A stretch of 64,000 nt of DNA. Origin: Myxococcales bacterium. GTDB taxonomy: Bacteria > Desulfobacterota > Binatia > HRBIN30. The stretch is from contig JBBILD010000006.1 in the NCBI GenBank assembly GCA_037445065.1, positions 137,187 through 201,186 of the forward strand, read 5' to 3'. Numbering within the stretch: the stretch's first letter is position 1; every line of letters starts with the position of its first letter. Below are positions 39,159-48,323 of the stretch, one piece after another. The notes under the pieces are model-generated. The model made no database searches. It saw only the letters and a program-made list of their open reading frames with translations, and was not told the origin of the DNA. Both the position numbers and the translations under genes were made by a program.

Positions 39159-40250
39159 TTATCGCGCCGCGTACGTTGTAAGCGGCGTCAACATCAAGGC
39201 CAGCGCGGCGCCGACCGGGAACGTGGCGAACCAGGCCAGCAACACCTCCGAGAACGTGCGCACATGGAGCCGCTCTTGAGAACCGCCGGCGCCGGCGATC
39301 GCGGCAACGGCGACGTGGGTCGCCGACACGGGCAGGCTCATAGCGCTGGCGGCAATGACGAGGGCGCTTGTCACTGCGTTGGCTGCAAAGCCGGTACGCG
39401 AATCGAGCGGAGCAATCCGGTAACTCATCGTCGAGGCAACGCGGCCTCCCCAAAACAAGCTGCCAGAGGCCATTGCCAGCCCCACCGCAGCGATGGCGGG
39501 TGCACTGGGTAGCGAGTGGGAGGCGTAAAGGACTCCTAGGACCTTGGGCAGATCGTTGGCGGCACGTGCAAAGCATACGGCCAGTGCGGACAAGAGGTGC
39601 AGGCCGTTCAGATGCTGCGTGATCGAAACCTGCGCAACCGGGTAATGCCGCTCGCAAGTACCGGCGCTAGCGGCCAAGACTAGTGGCGGCACCCACCGTT
39701 GTACGAGCACACCGCGGAATGGCTGGGCTTCGAGCGTGGGTGCCACAACGCAGAGGCAAGCCCGACTGAGATGTGCTCTGCTGAGAAGTTTGCTGAGGAG
39801 AACCCCGAGCCCTGCAGCAAGGAGGGGTGAGAGCAGCATGGGCGCGAGAAAGATACCGCCCAAAACACCAGCATTGAACGATTGGTGGTGTGCGAGCGCG
39901 GTGCCGACCAGGCTGCCCAGCAGGGCGTGGGTCGTGGAAACGGGGAGGCCGAGACAGGTGGCGAGCCCCACCGCGCCAGCACCTGCGAGCACGACGCTCA
40001 GGCGGAAACTGTCCGTGGCGAGCACATCAGCCGGGACCAGTCCGCTGCCCGCGAAACGCTCGGCAAGCTGCTTTCCCAAAGCAATGGCGCTCAGTGCCCC
40101 GGCAAAGGTCGCGAGCGTGGCCAGAGTTTTCGCATGCCGATAGCGAAACACCTGCGCCCCCACCGCGGTTGCGAAGCCTTTGAAGTTATCATTCGCGCCG
40201 TTTGCGAAGCCCAGAAGGAGAACAGCGCTGAAAAGCGACAGGTCCGTCAT
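39159..40250 (-). CDS. inorganic phosphate transporter, PiT family
   Basis: GFANGANDNFKGFATAVGA and a second PHO4 half. Start at ATG 40250 (MTDLSLFSAVLLL). Confidence 0.85.
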   Translation of the reverse strand: MTDLSLFSAVLLLGFANGANDNFKGFATAVGAQVFRYRHAKTLATLATFAGALSAIALGKQLAERFAGSGLVPADVLATDSFRLSVVLAGAGAVGLATCLGLPVSTTHALLGSLVGTALAHHQSFNAGVLGGIFLAPMLLSPLLAAGLGVLLSKLLSRAHLSRACLCVVAPTLEAQPFRGVLVQRWVPPLVLAASAGTCERHYPVAQVSITQHLNGLHLLSALAVCFARAANDLPKVLGVLYASHSLPSAPAIAAVGLAMASGSLFWGGRVASTMSYRIAPLDSRTGFAANAVTSALVIAASAMSLPVSATHVAVAAIAGAGGSQERLHVRTFSEVLLAWFATFPVGAALALMLTPLTTYAAR

Positions 40251-40381
40251 CGTAGCGACGAGGATCGGATTGGGCGTTGGGTGATCAAAGGGAGCCGGGG
40301 CCCTTACGTGCGCCTGCGCTGCCTCGGAGAGCGCTTCTCCAGTGCGGCGGTAGCTCCCTTTGTAGAGGCTGGTCCATCGAA

Positions 40382-41419
40382 TCAGCAACAACCGTTTTTT
40401 GTGTCGTTCACCGGGGCCTCGAACGGGGCGCTTGCGCCGCATCCGGGGAAGATTCCGTAATGGCGTGAAAAGTCGCCGATGAATTCAAAGTGAGGCGCAA
40501 AACGGGTCTGGCGCAGCATCCGCCAGGTGTTCCCGCAAACTGGAAAGACCCGGCCGGCGTCCATTTCGTGACGTTTGTCCAAGCGGAACCGGTGTGGAAA
40601 CCACGGGATGGTTCCACGATAGATCACCGCCTGCCCGTAGTCCTCGCAAGCGTCTTCCAGTCCTTCGAGCCGAAACATGCGATAGGTAGCCGAGTAAAAG
40701 CGCACAGCGCCAACGCGCGCGGCAAGTTTGGGGTCCGTGAGTTCGATCGGGCGATCTTCCACTAAGCGGGGATCGGTGAACCCAGTGCATCGCACCAGAC
40801 GGAGAAAATCGTTCCAGTAGAGTGCCCCTCCTAGGCATTCCGCGTAAAGCACGGGGTCATTTTGGACCTCGAGTGGCACGCGCCGGTCGGCGTAAACATC
40901 GGAAAAGTAGAATTCGCCTCCGAACTTGAGCAAGCGGTACACCCCGGCGAGCACTGCCGCCTTGTCGGCGGAGAGATTCACCACGCAGTTCGAGACGACG
41001 ACGTCGAAGCTCGCTGGTTCCAAATCGAGTTCTTCCAAGCGTTCGATGTACCCGCGCAGAAAACGCACGTTGGAGAACCCAAAGCGCTCGGCGTGCCATC
41101 GCCGGTACCGCTCCGCGACCGCAAGCTGCTCCTCCGTCATATCCACCCCGACGACTTCACCGCTCGGCCCTACGAGTTGCGCGAGCAGGTACACGTCTCT
41201 TCCAGCGCCGCAGCCCAGATCGAGAACGCGGCAGCCGCTGAGCAGTGGCGGGCAGCTGAGGCCGCAACCGTAGTACCGCTTCGCGACCTCCGGGTGAATG
41301 TTGGCGAGAAGTGCTTTTAGCCACGGTGGCGTGGCGACCGGGTCGCAACACGCCGTCGTCTTCAAGTCCGCGGACTGCTGCAGGGTTTTGCCGTAATATT
41401 CCTGAACGAGTTCATGCAT
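40382..41419 (-). CDS. arsM: arsenite S-adenosylmethionine methyltransferase-like
   Basis: N-terminal CCDPV cysteine pair, class I SAM fold VLDLGCGAGRDV, and further conserved Cys. GGGAGG RBS before ATG 41419. Confidence 0.7.
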   Translation of the reverse strand: MHELVQEYYGKTLQQSADLKTTACCDPVATPPWLKALLANIHPEVAKRYYGCGLSCPPLLSGCRVLDLGCGAGRDVYLLAQLVGPSGEVVGVDMTEEQLAVAERYRRWHAERFGFSNVRFLRGYIERLEELDLEPASFDVVVSNCVVNLSADKAAVLAGVYRLLKFGGEFYFSDVYADRRVPLEVQNDPVLYAECLGGALYWNDFLRLVRCTGFTDPRLVEDRPIELTDPKLAARVGAVRFYSATYRMFRLEGLEDACEDYGQAVIYRGTIPWFPHRFRLDKRHEMDAGRVFPVCGNTWRMLRQTRFAPHFEFIGDFSRHYGIFPGCGASAPFEAPVNDTKNGCC

Positions 41420-41846
41420 GCGGGTTCGCCTCCCTGAATGATGTTCTGTGGGATTCGTTGCGCGTTTGGTCGCACCAAGTCCTCGCCTCGTTACAATTGC
41501 CAGACTCGCTCCCATGCCGCGCCTCTCGACTCACCCTGTACGTTGCGAAGCAGCGTGAACCTCTTCTCGGGCCCCCGCATAGGCCCGAGAAGAAGCGCAG
41601 CCCGCAGATCGCGGAAAACCCAGTGTCGGCGCGCACGGGCGCGCTCGTCGGTACAGTTGCCTCCCGCTGTCAAGGGCGCCCGGAGCCACGGCGTTATCGC
41701 GCCTTCGCTGGCACGCCCAAACAGCGCCGACGGGCCAGGCAAGGGAAGCGCATGCAGTTCTGGCTTTGGACAGCCCTCCGAACTGAGTTGCGTGCGCTCC
41801 CGTGCAACGCGGAAACCGTCTCGCTTGTTGCGGACCGCACATTGCG

Positions 41847-42485
41847 TCATGGTGCGAGATGGACACCGCGCGCCAGTGAGGGCGGCAATTCGCTGAGGTG
41901 GGCTGGTTCGTCAATGTCAGTGAGCGCTGGAAACTCCTTCCAAAGCCACCCAATCTCGCGTAGGCGTGCCCTGGTTTGTGCCGCTACAGACGAAGTACTC
42001 CACGCGATGTCGGAAAACAGCCGCGGGTGGAAGTGGCGGGCGCCGAGAAGCACGTAGCCGCCGTCAGTACTAGGAACCAGCACCGCGTCGTGGCGCGTCA
42101 GCGCCTGCCCACAAGCCCTGAGGACGGAGCGTTCTAGGGCAGGACAATCGGTTCCAAGAAGCAGCACCGCATTCCCCAACGCTGCCGATCGTTCCGCAGC
42201 CCGAGCAAGGCGCCGACCTAGATCTCCAGCGCCTTGGTCTGTCCAACGGGTAACGCGAGCAGCGAGTCGCTTACGCCATGCCGTCCACACCGGATTCTCT
42301 GGCTCGGGAGTAACGCAGAGTTCTACTTCGCCGATACCCGAACGGCACGCTTCTCGAACCGTGTAGAGGAGCATGCGGCGGGCGAGAAGCGCGGCGCCTA
42401 CTTCTCCGAGCGCGGGGATGAGCCGCGTTTTTACGAACCCGGGAACGGGTGCCTTTGCGAACACCACAAGGCGCAAGCCCTTCAC
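41847..42485 (-). CDS. DUF2064 / TIGR04282-type rSAM-associated transferase 1 (arsenosugar-cluster glycosyltransferase-like)
   Basis: LRLVVFAKAPVPGFVKTRL...LLLGTDCP. Probable GTG start at 42485 overlapping the upstream stop. The tracked ORF extends to 43067 through low-complexity sequence. Confidence 0.65.
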   Translation of the reverse strand: MKGLRLVVFAKAPVPGFVKTRLIPALGEVGAALLARRMLLYTVREACRSGIGEVELCVTPEPENPVWTAWRKRLAARVTRWTDQGAGDLGRRLARAAERSAALGNAVLLLGTDCPALERSVLRACGQALTRHDAVLVPSTDGGYVLLGARHFHPRLFSDIAWSTSSVAAQTRARLREIGWLWKEFPALTDIDEPAHLSELPPSLARGVHLAP

Positions 42486-43189
42486 GGGTAGGCCCTCGCC
42501 AAATCTTCCGCAGGGACGCCGAGCCAATACAAGCAGCGAAGCCGCCACATGAGAAGGATCGTTCTCCATACCCCGTACGTTTCCCACCGGCGCCCAGAAG
42601 TGGTTACGCGCGAGCCCACGCAAGCCGGGCGGCCGAGCTGCTTCAGCGCACGGGACAGCCAGATGTCTTCCATCAACGGTTGGTCGGGATAGCCCCCGAC
42701 TTTCCAGAAAACGTCGCGGCGGACGAAAATGGCTTGGTCTCCGGTGGCAATCCCACTGAGTCGGGAGCGCAGGTTCATCAGCGCGGCAATCACTGGGAAC
42801 CAGCGGCTTCGACCTTCGATGCGTACGTCGAAGCGGCCCCAAAGGACCTGGGGGCGGGAGAGTGCTCGAGCGATTTGGTAGCACGCGTCGGGAGGCAGCC
42901 GCGTATCCGCATGCAGAAAGACGAGTGCCTCGCCGGTAGCCACGCTCGCACCTGCGTTCATTTGCCTTGCTCTTCCCCGCGGGGCGCACAAGACCCGGAA
43001 ACCAAGGGCACGCGCAAAGGCGACCGATCCGTCTTGACTGCCGCCGTCTACAATCAGCACCTCGCACCCAGCCCGGCGCAGTGGCAGCAAGTGCTGCAAC
43101 AACGAGGGGAGCTGCGTCATTTCGTTGAGCATCGGAACGATGAGGGAGATTTTCATCGTCTGCTTGCTACAGAGTCGTTCAGACTCCAA
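42482..43189 (-). CDS. GT2-family TIGR04283-type rSAM-associated transferase 2
   Basis: MKISLIVPMLNE...EVLIVDGGSQDGS...RGRARQMNAGA...LVFLHADTRLP. Confidence 0.75.
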   Translation of the reverse strand: MESERLCSKQTMKISLIVPMLNEMTQLPSLLQHLLPLRRAGCEVLIVDGGSQDGSVAFARALGFRVLCAPRGRARQMNAGASVATGEALVFLHADTRLPPDACYQIARALSRPQVLWGRFDVRIEGRSRWFPVIAALMNLRSRLSGIATGDQAIFVRRDVFWKVGGYPDQPLMEDIWLSRALKQLGRPACVGSRVTTSGRRWETYGVWRTILLMWRLRCLYWLGVPAEDLARAYP

Positions 43190-44055
43190 TCGTAGTCTCC
43201 GAAGCGGATGGGGATGCGGCCAGCCCGCAACGCCGTTTCTCGTTCAGGGGACAGCTCGAGTTCGCGTGCGTAGAGTGCCAGAAACTCCGCGAGCGAAGTC
43301 GCACCGCGGAAGCCCTGCTCGAAGTCGCCGCGATACCAGTGGAAGATCGGAGACACTTCCAAGTACGTCCCCACCAGCCGATTCCGACCGCGATCTCCGA
43401 GAAATCGGCGCGCTTGATCCTCGAGCTGTGCATCGAGTTCACTTCCTGTGTACGCCTCGGGCCGCAATGCTGGACAGCCGACACTGGCGCAATTGAGGGC
43501 AAAGTGAACCCGTGGGTCTCGGTAGCGCCCTGAGCCGCGAATGAGTCCGTGTTCGATATCGTCCAGAGAGACCGTCTTGCTCAGCAAGCGAATGAACGGA
43601 CGCTTCCAAGGCGATTGGAAGAGGGACCCCAAGTCCTTGATGGACTTGAGCCCCGGGTATCGGCTCAAAACGAGTTGGATGGTGAAGGCATTGTAGGCGT
43701 TGATGAGGAACGCCAGTTGCTGGCTCGCGGGCCAGGTGTCAAAGGCGGCTTGTTGCACCGCCGATAGGTTGGCCAAATAGGCATCCAGCGCTGCTTGATT
43801 TCTCTTGAATCCCGCGTAGTCCACAGTACTCGCGTGCCCTTCGTACACCCAACGCACGTGTTGTTTGAGGAGCGTGTCCCAGGAGCTGTGGTCCGCGAAC
43901 GCGAAAACAGGCCAGGCCGGGAACAGTCCGAGCAAGAGGAAGGAAAAGCAGGCTAGGAGGTTCCGGTGGCAGGTCGCGCCGCGCTGGGGCGTGCTCGCGG
44001 AAGGCCGCGGAGACTCGGCCGCTCTCCCTTTTCCGGTGGCAAACAGGGCTGCCAT
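43153..44055 (-). CDS. DUF547 domain protein, secreted
   Basis: FLINAYNAFTIQLV....HFALNCASVGCPAL (DUF547). Signal peptide LLACFSFLLLGLFPAWPVFAFA. Start at M24 of the tracked ORF. Confidence 0.7.
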   Translation of the reverse strand: MAALFATGKGRAAESPRPSASTPQRGATCHRNLLACFSFLLLGLFPAWPVFAFADHSSWDTLLKQHVRWVYEGHASTVDYAGFKRNQAALDAYLANLSAVQQAAFDTWPASQQLAFLINAYNAFTIQLVLSRYPGLKSIKDLGSLFQSPWKRPFIRLLSKTVSLDDIEHGLIRGSGRYRDPRVHFALNCASVGCPALRPEAYTGSELDAQLEDQARRFLGDRGRNRLVGTYLEVSPIFHWYRGDFEQGFRGATSLAEFLALYARELELSPERETALRAGRIPIRFGDYDWSLNDSVASRR

Positions 44056-44066
44056 CGCTCTCTGGA

Positions 44067-45062
44067 CTAGGGCCATGACGGCCGAGCCTCCGCTCCTGCC
44101 GAGGTTTGCAGGGCGCCACCGCAACTACTGCCCTGGCCCGCAGTGCAGCCGTAGCAATGGTCGGCAACCCGAATCGGCGAACCGGCAGGATCCCACTCGA
44201 GCAAGTCGCGCAAGTGGGCGGGCCGCAGCTGGCGGTTGAGCGGCAAGCGAAGCTGCTGGTTGAAGTCGCAATCGTACAGGTAGCCCTGCCAGTCCACACT
44301 CACGAGGGAACGGCACATGACCTGGTCTGTGTTGCCCGCCCGGAAGTGCTCCTTGAGCAATCGCAGGTAGTTGTGAAACTCGCCGCGCGAAAGCAGCCAC
44401 GAGCCGAAACGCTGAATCGGCATGTTGGTTAGAACGAAGAGGTGGTGGAAAACGATGCCGAAGCGCTCGCGTAGCTCCTGCTTGTACGCCGCTTCGAGGG
44501 ACGTTTGGTTCGGCGGTAGGCTGGGGCCGAGCGGATTGTATACGAGATGAAGCCGCAGGGGGGAGTCCTCTTGGCCGTAGCCAAGGGCGTTCAGCTTCCG
44601 TAATGCCGCAATGCTCTTTTCGAAAACACCCTTGCCGCGCTGGCGATCTACGTTGTCGGCGGAGTAGCAGGGCAGAGATGCGACCACCTCCACTGAGTGG
44701 TCGCGCAGAAACTCAGCCAGGTCTTCCTCGCCTGGCTCGAACAGGACCGTAAGGTTGCAACGGTCGATGACGCGCACCCCGAGACCATGCGCGGCACGCA
44801 CAAGATCCCGGAACCCTGGATGCAATTCCGGAGCCCCGCCGGTAAGGTCGAGGGCGGAGATCCGCCGCGCTGCGAGCACTTTTGGGATCAGCGCCAAGAT
44901 GTCTGCTTGCATCATCTCTGTGCGGTACGGCCCGGCGTTGACATGGCAGTGCATGCACGATTGGTTGCAGCGGTAGCCCAGGTTCACCTGCAGCGTGTTT
45001 ACGGGCCCGCGCTTCAGTGCGGGGAAATCTGTGGGCTCGAGTAGTGGCAAAACGGTCTGCAT
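44067..45062 (-). CDS. arsS: arsenosugar-biosynthesis-type radical SAM protein with C-terminal Cys-rich domain (ArsS-like)
   Basis: CNQSCMHCHVNAG radical-SAM cluster. C-terminal ...ADHCYGCTAGQGSSCGG (Cys-rich selenodomain-type tail). Confidence 0.8.
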   Translation of the reverse strand: MQTVLPLLEPTDFPALKRGPVNTLQVNLGYRCNQSCMHCHVNAGPYRTEMMQADILALIPKVLAARRISALDLTGGAPELHPGFRDLVRAAHGLGVRVIDRCNLTVLFEPGEEDLAEFLRDHSVEVVASLPCYSADNVDRQRGKGVFEKSIAALRKLNALGYGQEDSPLRLHLVYNPLGPSLPPNQTSLEAAYKQELRERFGIVFHHLFVLTNMPIQRFGSWLLSRGEFHNYLRLLKEHFRAGNTDQVMCRSLVSVDWQGYLYDCDFNQQLRLPLNRQLRPAHLRDLLEWDPAGSPIRVADHCYGCTAGQGSSCGGALQTSAGAEARPSWP

Positions 45063-45314
45063 CTTTTTTCCTCTCGAAACAAAGAACGGAATGTTTCATC
45101 CCTTGAGATCGTTGACGGGTGCGGCGTTGCTATGGTCGTTCCCCTCCATCGCTCTCTTACGGTCGAGGTGGCGGGCAGGATGAGATTCGCGCCCGTAAGA
45201 AACGGAGAGCCTGGCCCGACGAACGGGGCCAGAGCTGCTGCGACCTACGCCTGCGTTCGGACAACTGCACAGGGGGATCGCGCGAGCGTTCGATTCGAAA
45301 GGAGGAGAATGACC

Positions 45315-45896
45315 ATGGAAAGAAAGTCCGCTCTCCTGGATCTTGTCCCGTATTCAGCCGAATCGGCACCGGAGAAAGCTAAGGAGCTAATGGAAAGGAT
45401 TCGCGCCAAGTATGGATTCGTTCCGAACGTGTATGCGGGGATGGCTCATTCCCCTGGCCTCCTCGAGACGTACCTAGTCGGGTACGAGCAGTTCCGGGAG
45501 AAGAGTGGGTTGAACCCAATTGAGCAAGAGGTCGTTTTCCTCACCATCAGCCGCTTCCACCGATGCCACTATTGCATGGCCGCGCACAGTCTGGTGGCCG
45601 ATTTGGTGGCGAAAATGCCGACTGACGTCCTGGATGCTGTTCGCAAAGGCAGGAGCATTCCTGACCCCAAGCTCGCCGTGCTAGCCTCTTTCACCCACGC
45701 CATGGTGGAAACCCGGGGAATGCCAACGCCCGAGCAGGTGCAGGAATTTCGCGCTGCAGGGTACACCGACCGGCACGCGCTCGAAATCATTCTGGCGTTG
45801 GCCCTCAAGACCATGAGCAACTTCTCGAATCACCTGCTGCAACCGGAGCTGGAGCCGGCTTTCCGAGCCTATGCGTGGGCGGAAGACCCTAGCTGA
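45315..45896 (+). CDS. carboxymuconolactone decarboxylase / AhpD-like peroxidase family
   Basis: CxxH motif RCHYCMAAH. AGGAGGAG RBS; the second ATG, at 45315, is preferred for RBS spacing. Confidence 0.75.
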   Translation: MERKSALLDLVPYSAESAPEKAKELMERIRAKYGFVPNVYAGMAHSPGLLETYLVGYEQFREKSGLNPIEQEVVFLTISRFHRCHYCMAAHSLVADLVAKMPTDVLDAVRKGRSIPDPKLAVLASFTHAMVETRGMPTPEQVQEFRAAGYTDRHALEIILALALKTMSNFSNHLLQPELEPAFRAYAWAEDPS

Positions 45897-46117
45897 GTCT
45901 TATAAGGGTCCCGATTTGGCCCGGCGCATTGACGAGCGCTGGCTTGTTCGGCCACAGGGCCTGCGGCGCTGATTTCTAGGCTGCGGCACGGCTTTTCTCG
46001 GCCCGCAGGCTGGGCCATCACTACTGAGTGCACTGCCAGCAGTGCTCGCAACTGGAGCCGGGCGCAAGTCGCGCTCGGCCTGGAGAATCAGGAGTCACGA
46101 CCCGGAGCGTCCCGGCT

Positions 46118-46318
46118 TCATTTCGCGCCAGGCATGTTCGGGCGATCCGTGCTGACGTATCGGCGGATCGCTTGTCGTAGTAAGAGGAACTGCTTGCGGG
46201 CATTGCGGCAACCGGAACACATCATTGCATGGAACATTAGAGCGACCCTTTCCCGCCAACTCAGCGAACGCTCCTGCGCCTCGCTCATCAAGCGAGTGGC
46301 TTCACGGCAGCTCAACAT
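46118..46318 (-). CDS. zf-HC2 anti-sigma factor
   Basis: MLSCREATRLMSE...HAMMCSGCRN (H-x3-C-x2-C). Start overlaps the stop of the ECF sigma gene. Confidence 0.6.
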   Translation of the reverse strand: MLSCREATRLMSEAQERSLSWRERVALMFHAMMCSGCRNARKQFLLLRQAIRRYVSTDRPNMPGAK

Positions 46319-46974
46319 GGTTTGCCTCCCGAGAACCAGCGGTTCTCGAGGCACTCCCGCAAGCGCAGGCGCGCCCGGTGCAACATGACGTTCAAGTTCG
46401 TTGCCGTAATCCCTAGGCTGGTACAGATCTCGTGGCTTTCGAGTCCTAAAAACTCCCGCATCATGAAGACCCGTGCCTGGCGCGCGGGCAGATGCTCTAA
46501 GCACGCTTCGAAGACTTGCCAGAACTGTGCGTTTTGAAACGCATCTTCTGGGTCTTGCCAGGTACGAGGGCGTTCTTGAGCGAGCCAAAAGCCCTGCTGA
46601 TCGAACCACTCCCCTTCTTCCTCCTCGTCCTCCCGCAGCAATTGGCTGGCCTCAACCAGTCGCTGGCGCCGGCGCAGCTCGTCCGCGACTTTGTTTTTGA
46701 GGATTGCAAACACCCACGTCTTGAATGCCGAGCGGCCGGCAAAGGTGCTCGCGTTTTTCATTGCACCAGCGAGTGCCTCCTGAACGGCGTCCTCGGCTGC
46801 CTGGGGATCGGACAGTTGCAGGGTGGCGAACTTAAGCATTTGCCGGCGCAACTCACCGAGAAACCCCTCGTCGAGCGCCGCCACACTGGTTGCGCGAGCA
46901 CTGCCTAGCGAAGGTGGCGTCCGCGTCTCATTCATTGGTTGTCCGTCGTTCTGTTCGGCCAGAGTGTCTTTCAC
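46312..46974 (-). CDS. RNA polymerase sigma-70 factor, ECF subfamily
   Basis: Region 2 and region 4 (HEICTSLGITATNLNVMLHRAR) of ECF sigma factors are present. Confidence 0.85.
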   Translation of the reverse strand: MKDTLAEQNDGQPMNETRTPPSLGSARATSVAALDEGFLGELRRQMLKFATLQLSDPQAAEDAVQEALAGAMKNASTFAGRSAFKTWVFAILKNKVADELRRRQRLVEASQLLREDEEEEGEWFDQQGFWLAQERPRTWQDPEDAFQNAQFWQVFEACLEHLPARQARVFMMREFLGLESHEICTSLGITATNLNVMLHRARLRLRECLENRWFSGGKPC

Positions 46975-48132
46975 GCACGGGGGCAGGGAAAAGCTGGAAG
47001 TAAACTACCGAAGGAGAAACGAGCAATAAAGCTCCTGTCCAGCGTTTCCTTCCACTTCCAGGCCAAGCGGCCTTCAAAATGCAAAGGACCCCACGCCGCG
47101 ACGGCATAGCCAGGCCCGCAGCTCAGCAGAGATAGGGTCCATGCGCGCGGCTGGACCATTCGCAACGGTTCACCGCATAAAGCCGCCCGGAGGTTGTGGG
47201 CAAGGAACGACCCCGTGCGTGCAGCGTGGATGTCCGCGCCCGGCAACCTACCACCGGCGGGCGTGCACGTCTCTCCAACGCAGAAGACGTTGGGATGCGA
47301 GACGCTGCGGTGCGAACTGTCCACGAGTACGAACCCCGCCGGGTCGAGGTCCAACCCCGATTGCCGCAGCCAGTGCGGAGGGCGCACATTCGTGGCTGCA
47401 AGAACAGTATCTGCCGCCAAGTGCCTACCGCTGCCGAGGAACACGCCGGCGGAACTGCCCACCGCGTCCTCTCGGATCCACTTGATTCCAGCCGTGCGCA
47501 ACAACCGTTGGATACGGCGGCGCACGCCCTCCGGGTAGCCAGACAACAATCCTGCCTCACCGCTAATGAGCACAGTCTCGACCCCGAACGGTCCCAGTTT
47601 CTTCTGTGCGGCGAAGGCGAGTTCGACTGCATGACGTCCCTCGCCGATCACTACGATGCGAGAAAGCGTGCCTCGCTGTGCTCTGGTGACAAGCTGCTGC
47701 CAACCCGCGCAAAAGTCGGTTGAAGGACGGAGTGCTAGCAGGCGGTTTCCGCAGGCAGCGAGGCTCGAGACATCCGTTTCCCCTTCGAGTTCGAGCGAGA
47801 CCACCCCGTAGGCAAGTGTGGCGCCGCTCACGAACCGGGCTCGAGACTGCCGTGCGTCAATCGCTGCGATTCGGTCTTCGATGAAGCGGATCCTTGCCCG
47901 AGCGCATAGGGCCCGCAAATCGATCCGCCATTCTTCTTCCCGATAGTACCCGCCCATCCACTCAGGCAGCATCCCAACGGGAAACGAATACCGCGTGGGA
48001 GCCACGAGTATCACTTCCCCTGCATCGAGCGGCGTGCGGGCGAGCTGCTCGAGGACGAAGAGGTGGGCCTGCCCCCCCACCGGCCAGGAGTAGCCGTCGC
48101 CTGCCATTGTGGGTGGATTGCAGCGCCTCCAT
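46971..48132 (-). pseudogene. FAD-dependent pyridine nucleotide-disulfide oxidoreductase (NDH-2/SQR-like) with a frameshift in a C7/G7 tract
   Basis: Body VVIGEGRHAVELAFA...VFCVGETC is in the frame of ORF 46971..48107. The N-terminal Rossmann MEALQ..RRRLLLAGGG lies in another frame (ORF 47962..48636). The two frames meet at CCCCCCC, 48061-48068. Confidence 0.55.
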
Positions 48133-48323
48133 GGCTGACCGGCCCGCTCGCGGGCCGGCGCGCATTCCCGTACCTGGACAGTATGCCACAGGGTGATGCC
48201 CGTGGAATCTCATCTTGTCCGCGTTGGTCGGACTGGGCGCACGTTTCTTACCTGACGGGCAGCGTCGGTGGCATTTCCGCTGGACACGGATGTCTCCCGA
48301 GAAGGGCGATTCATGCCAGATCT

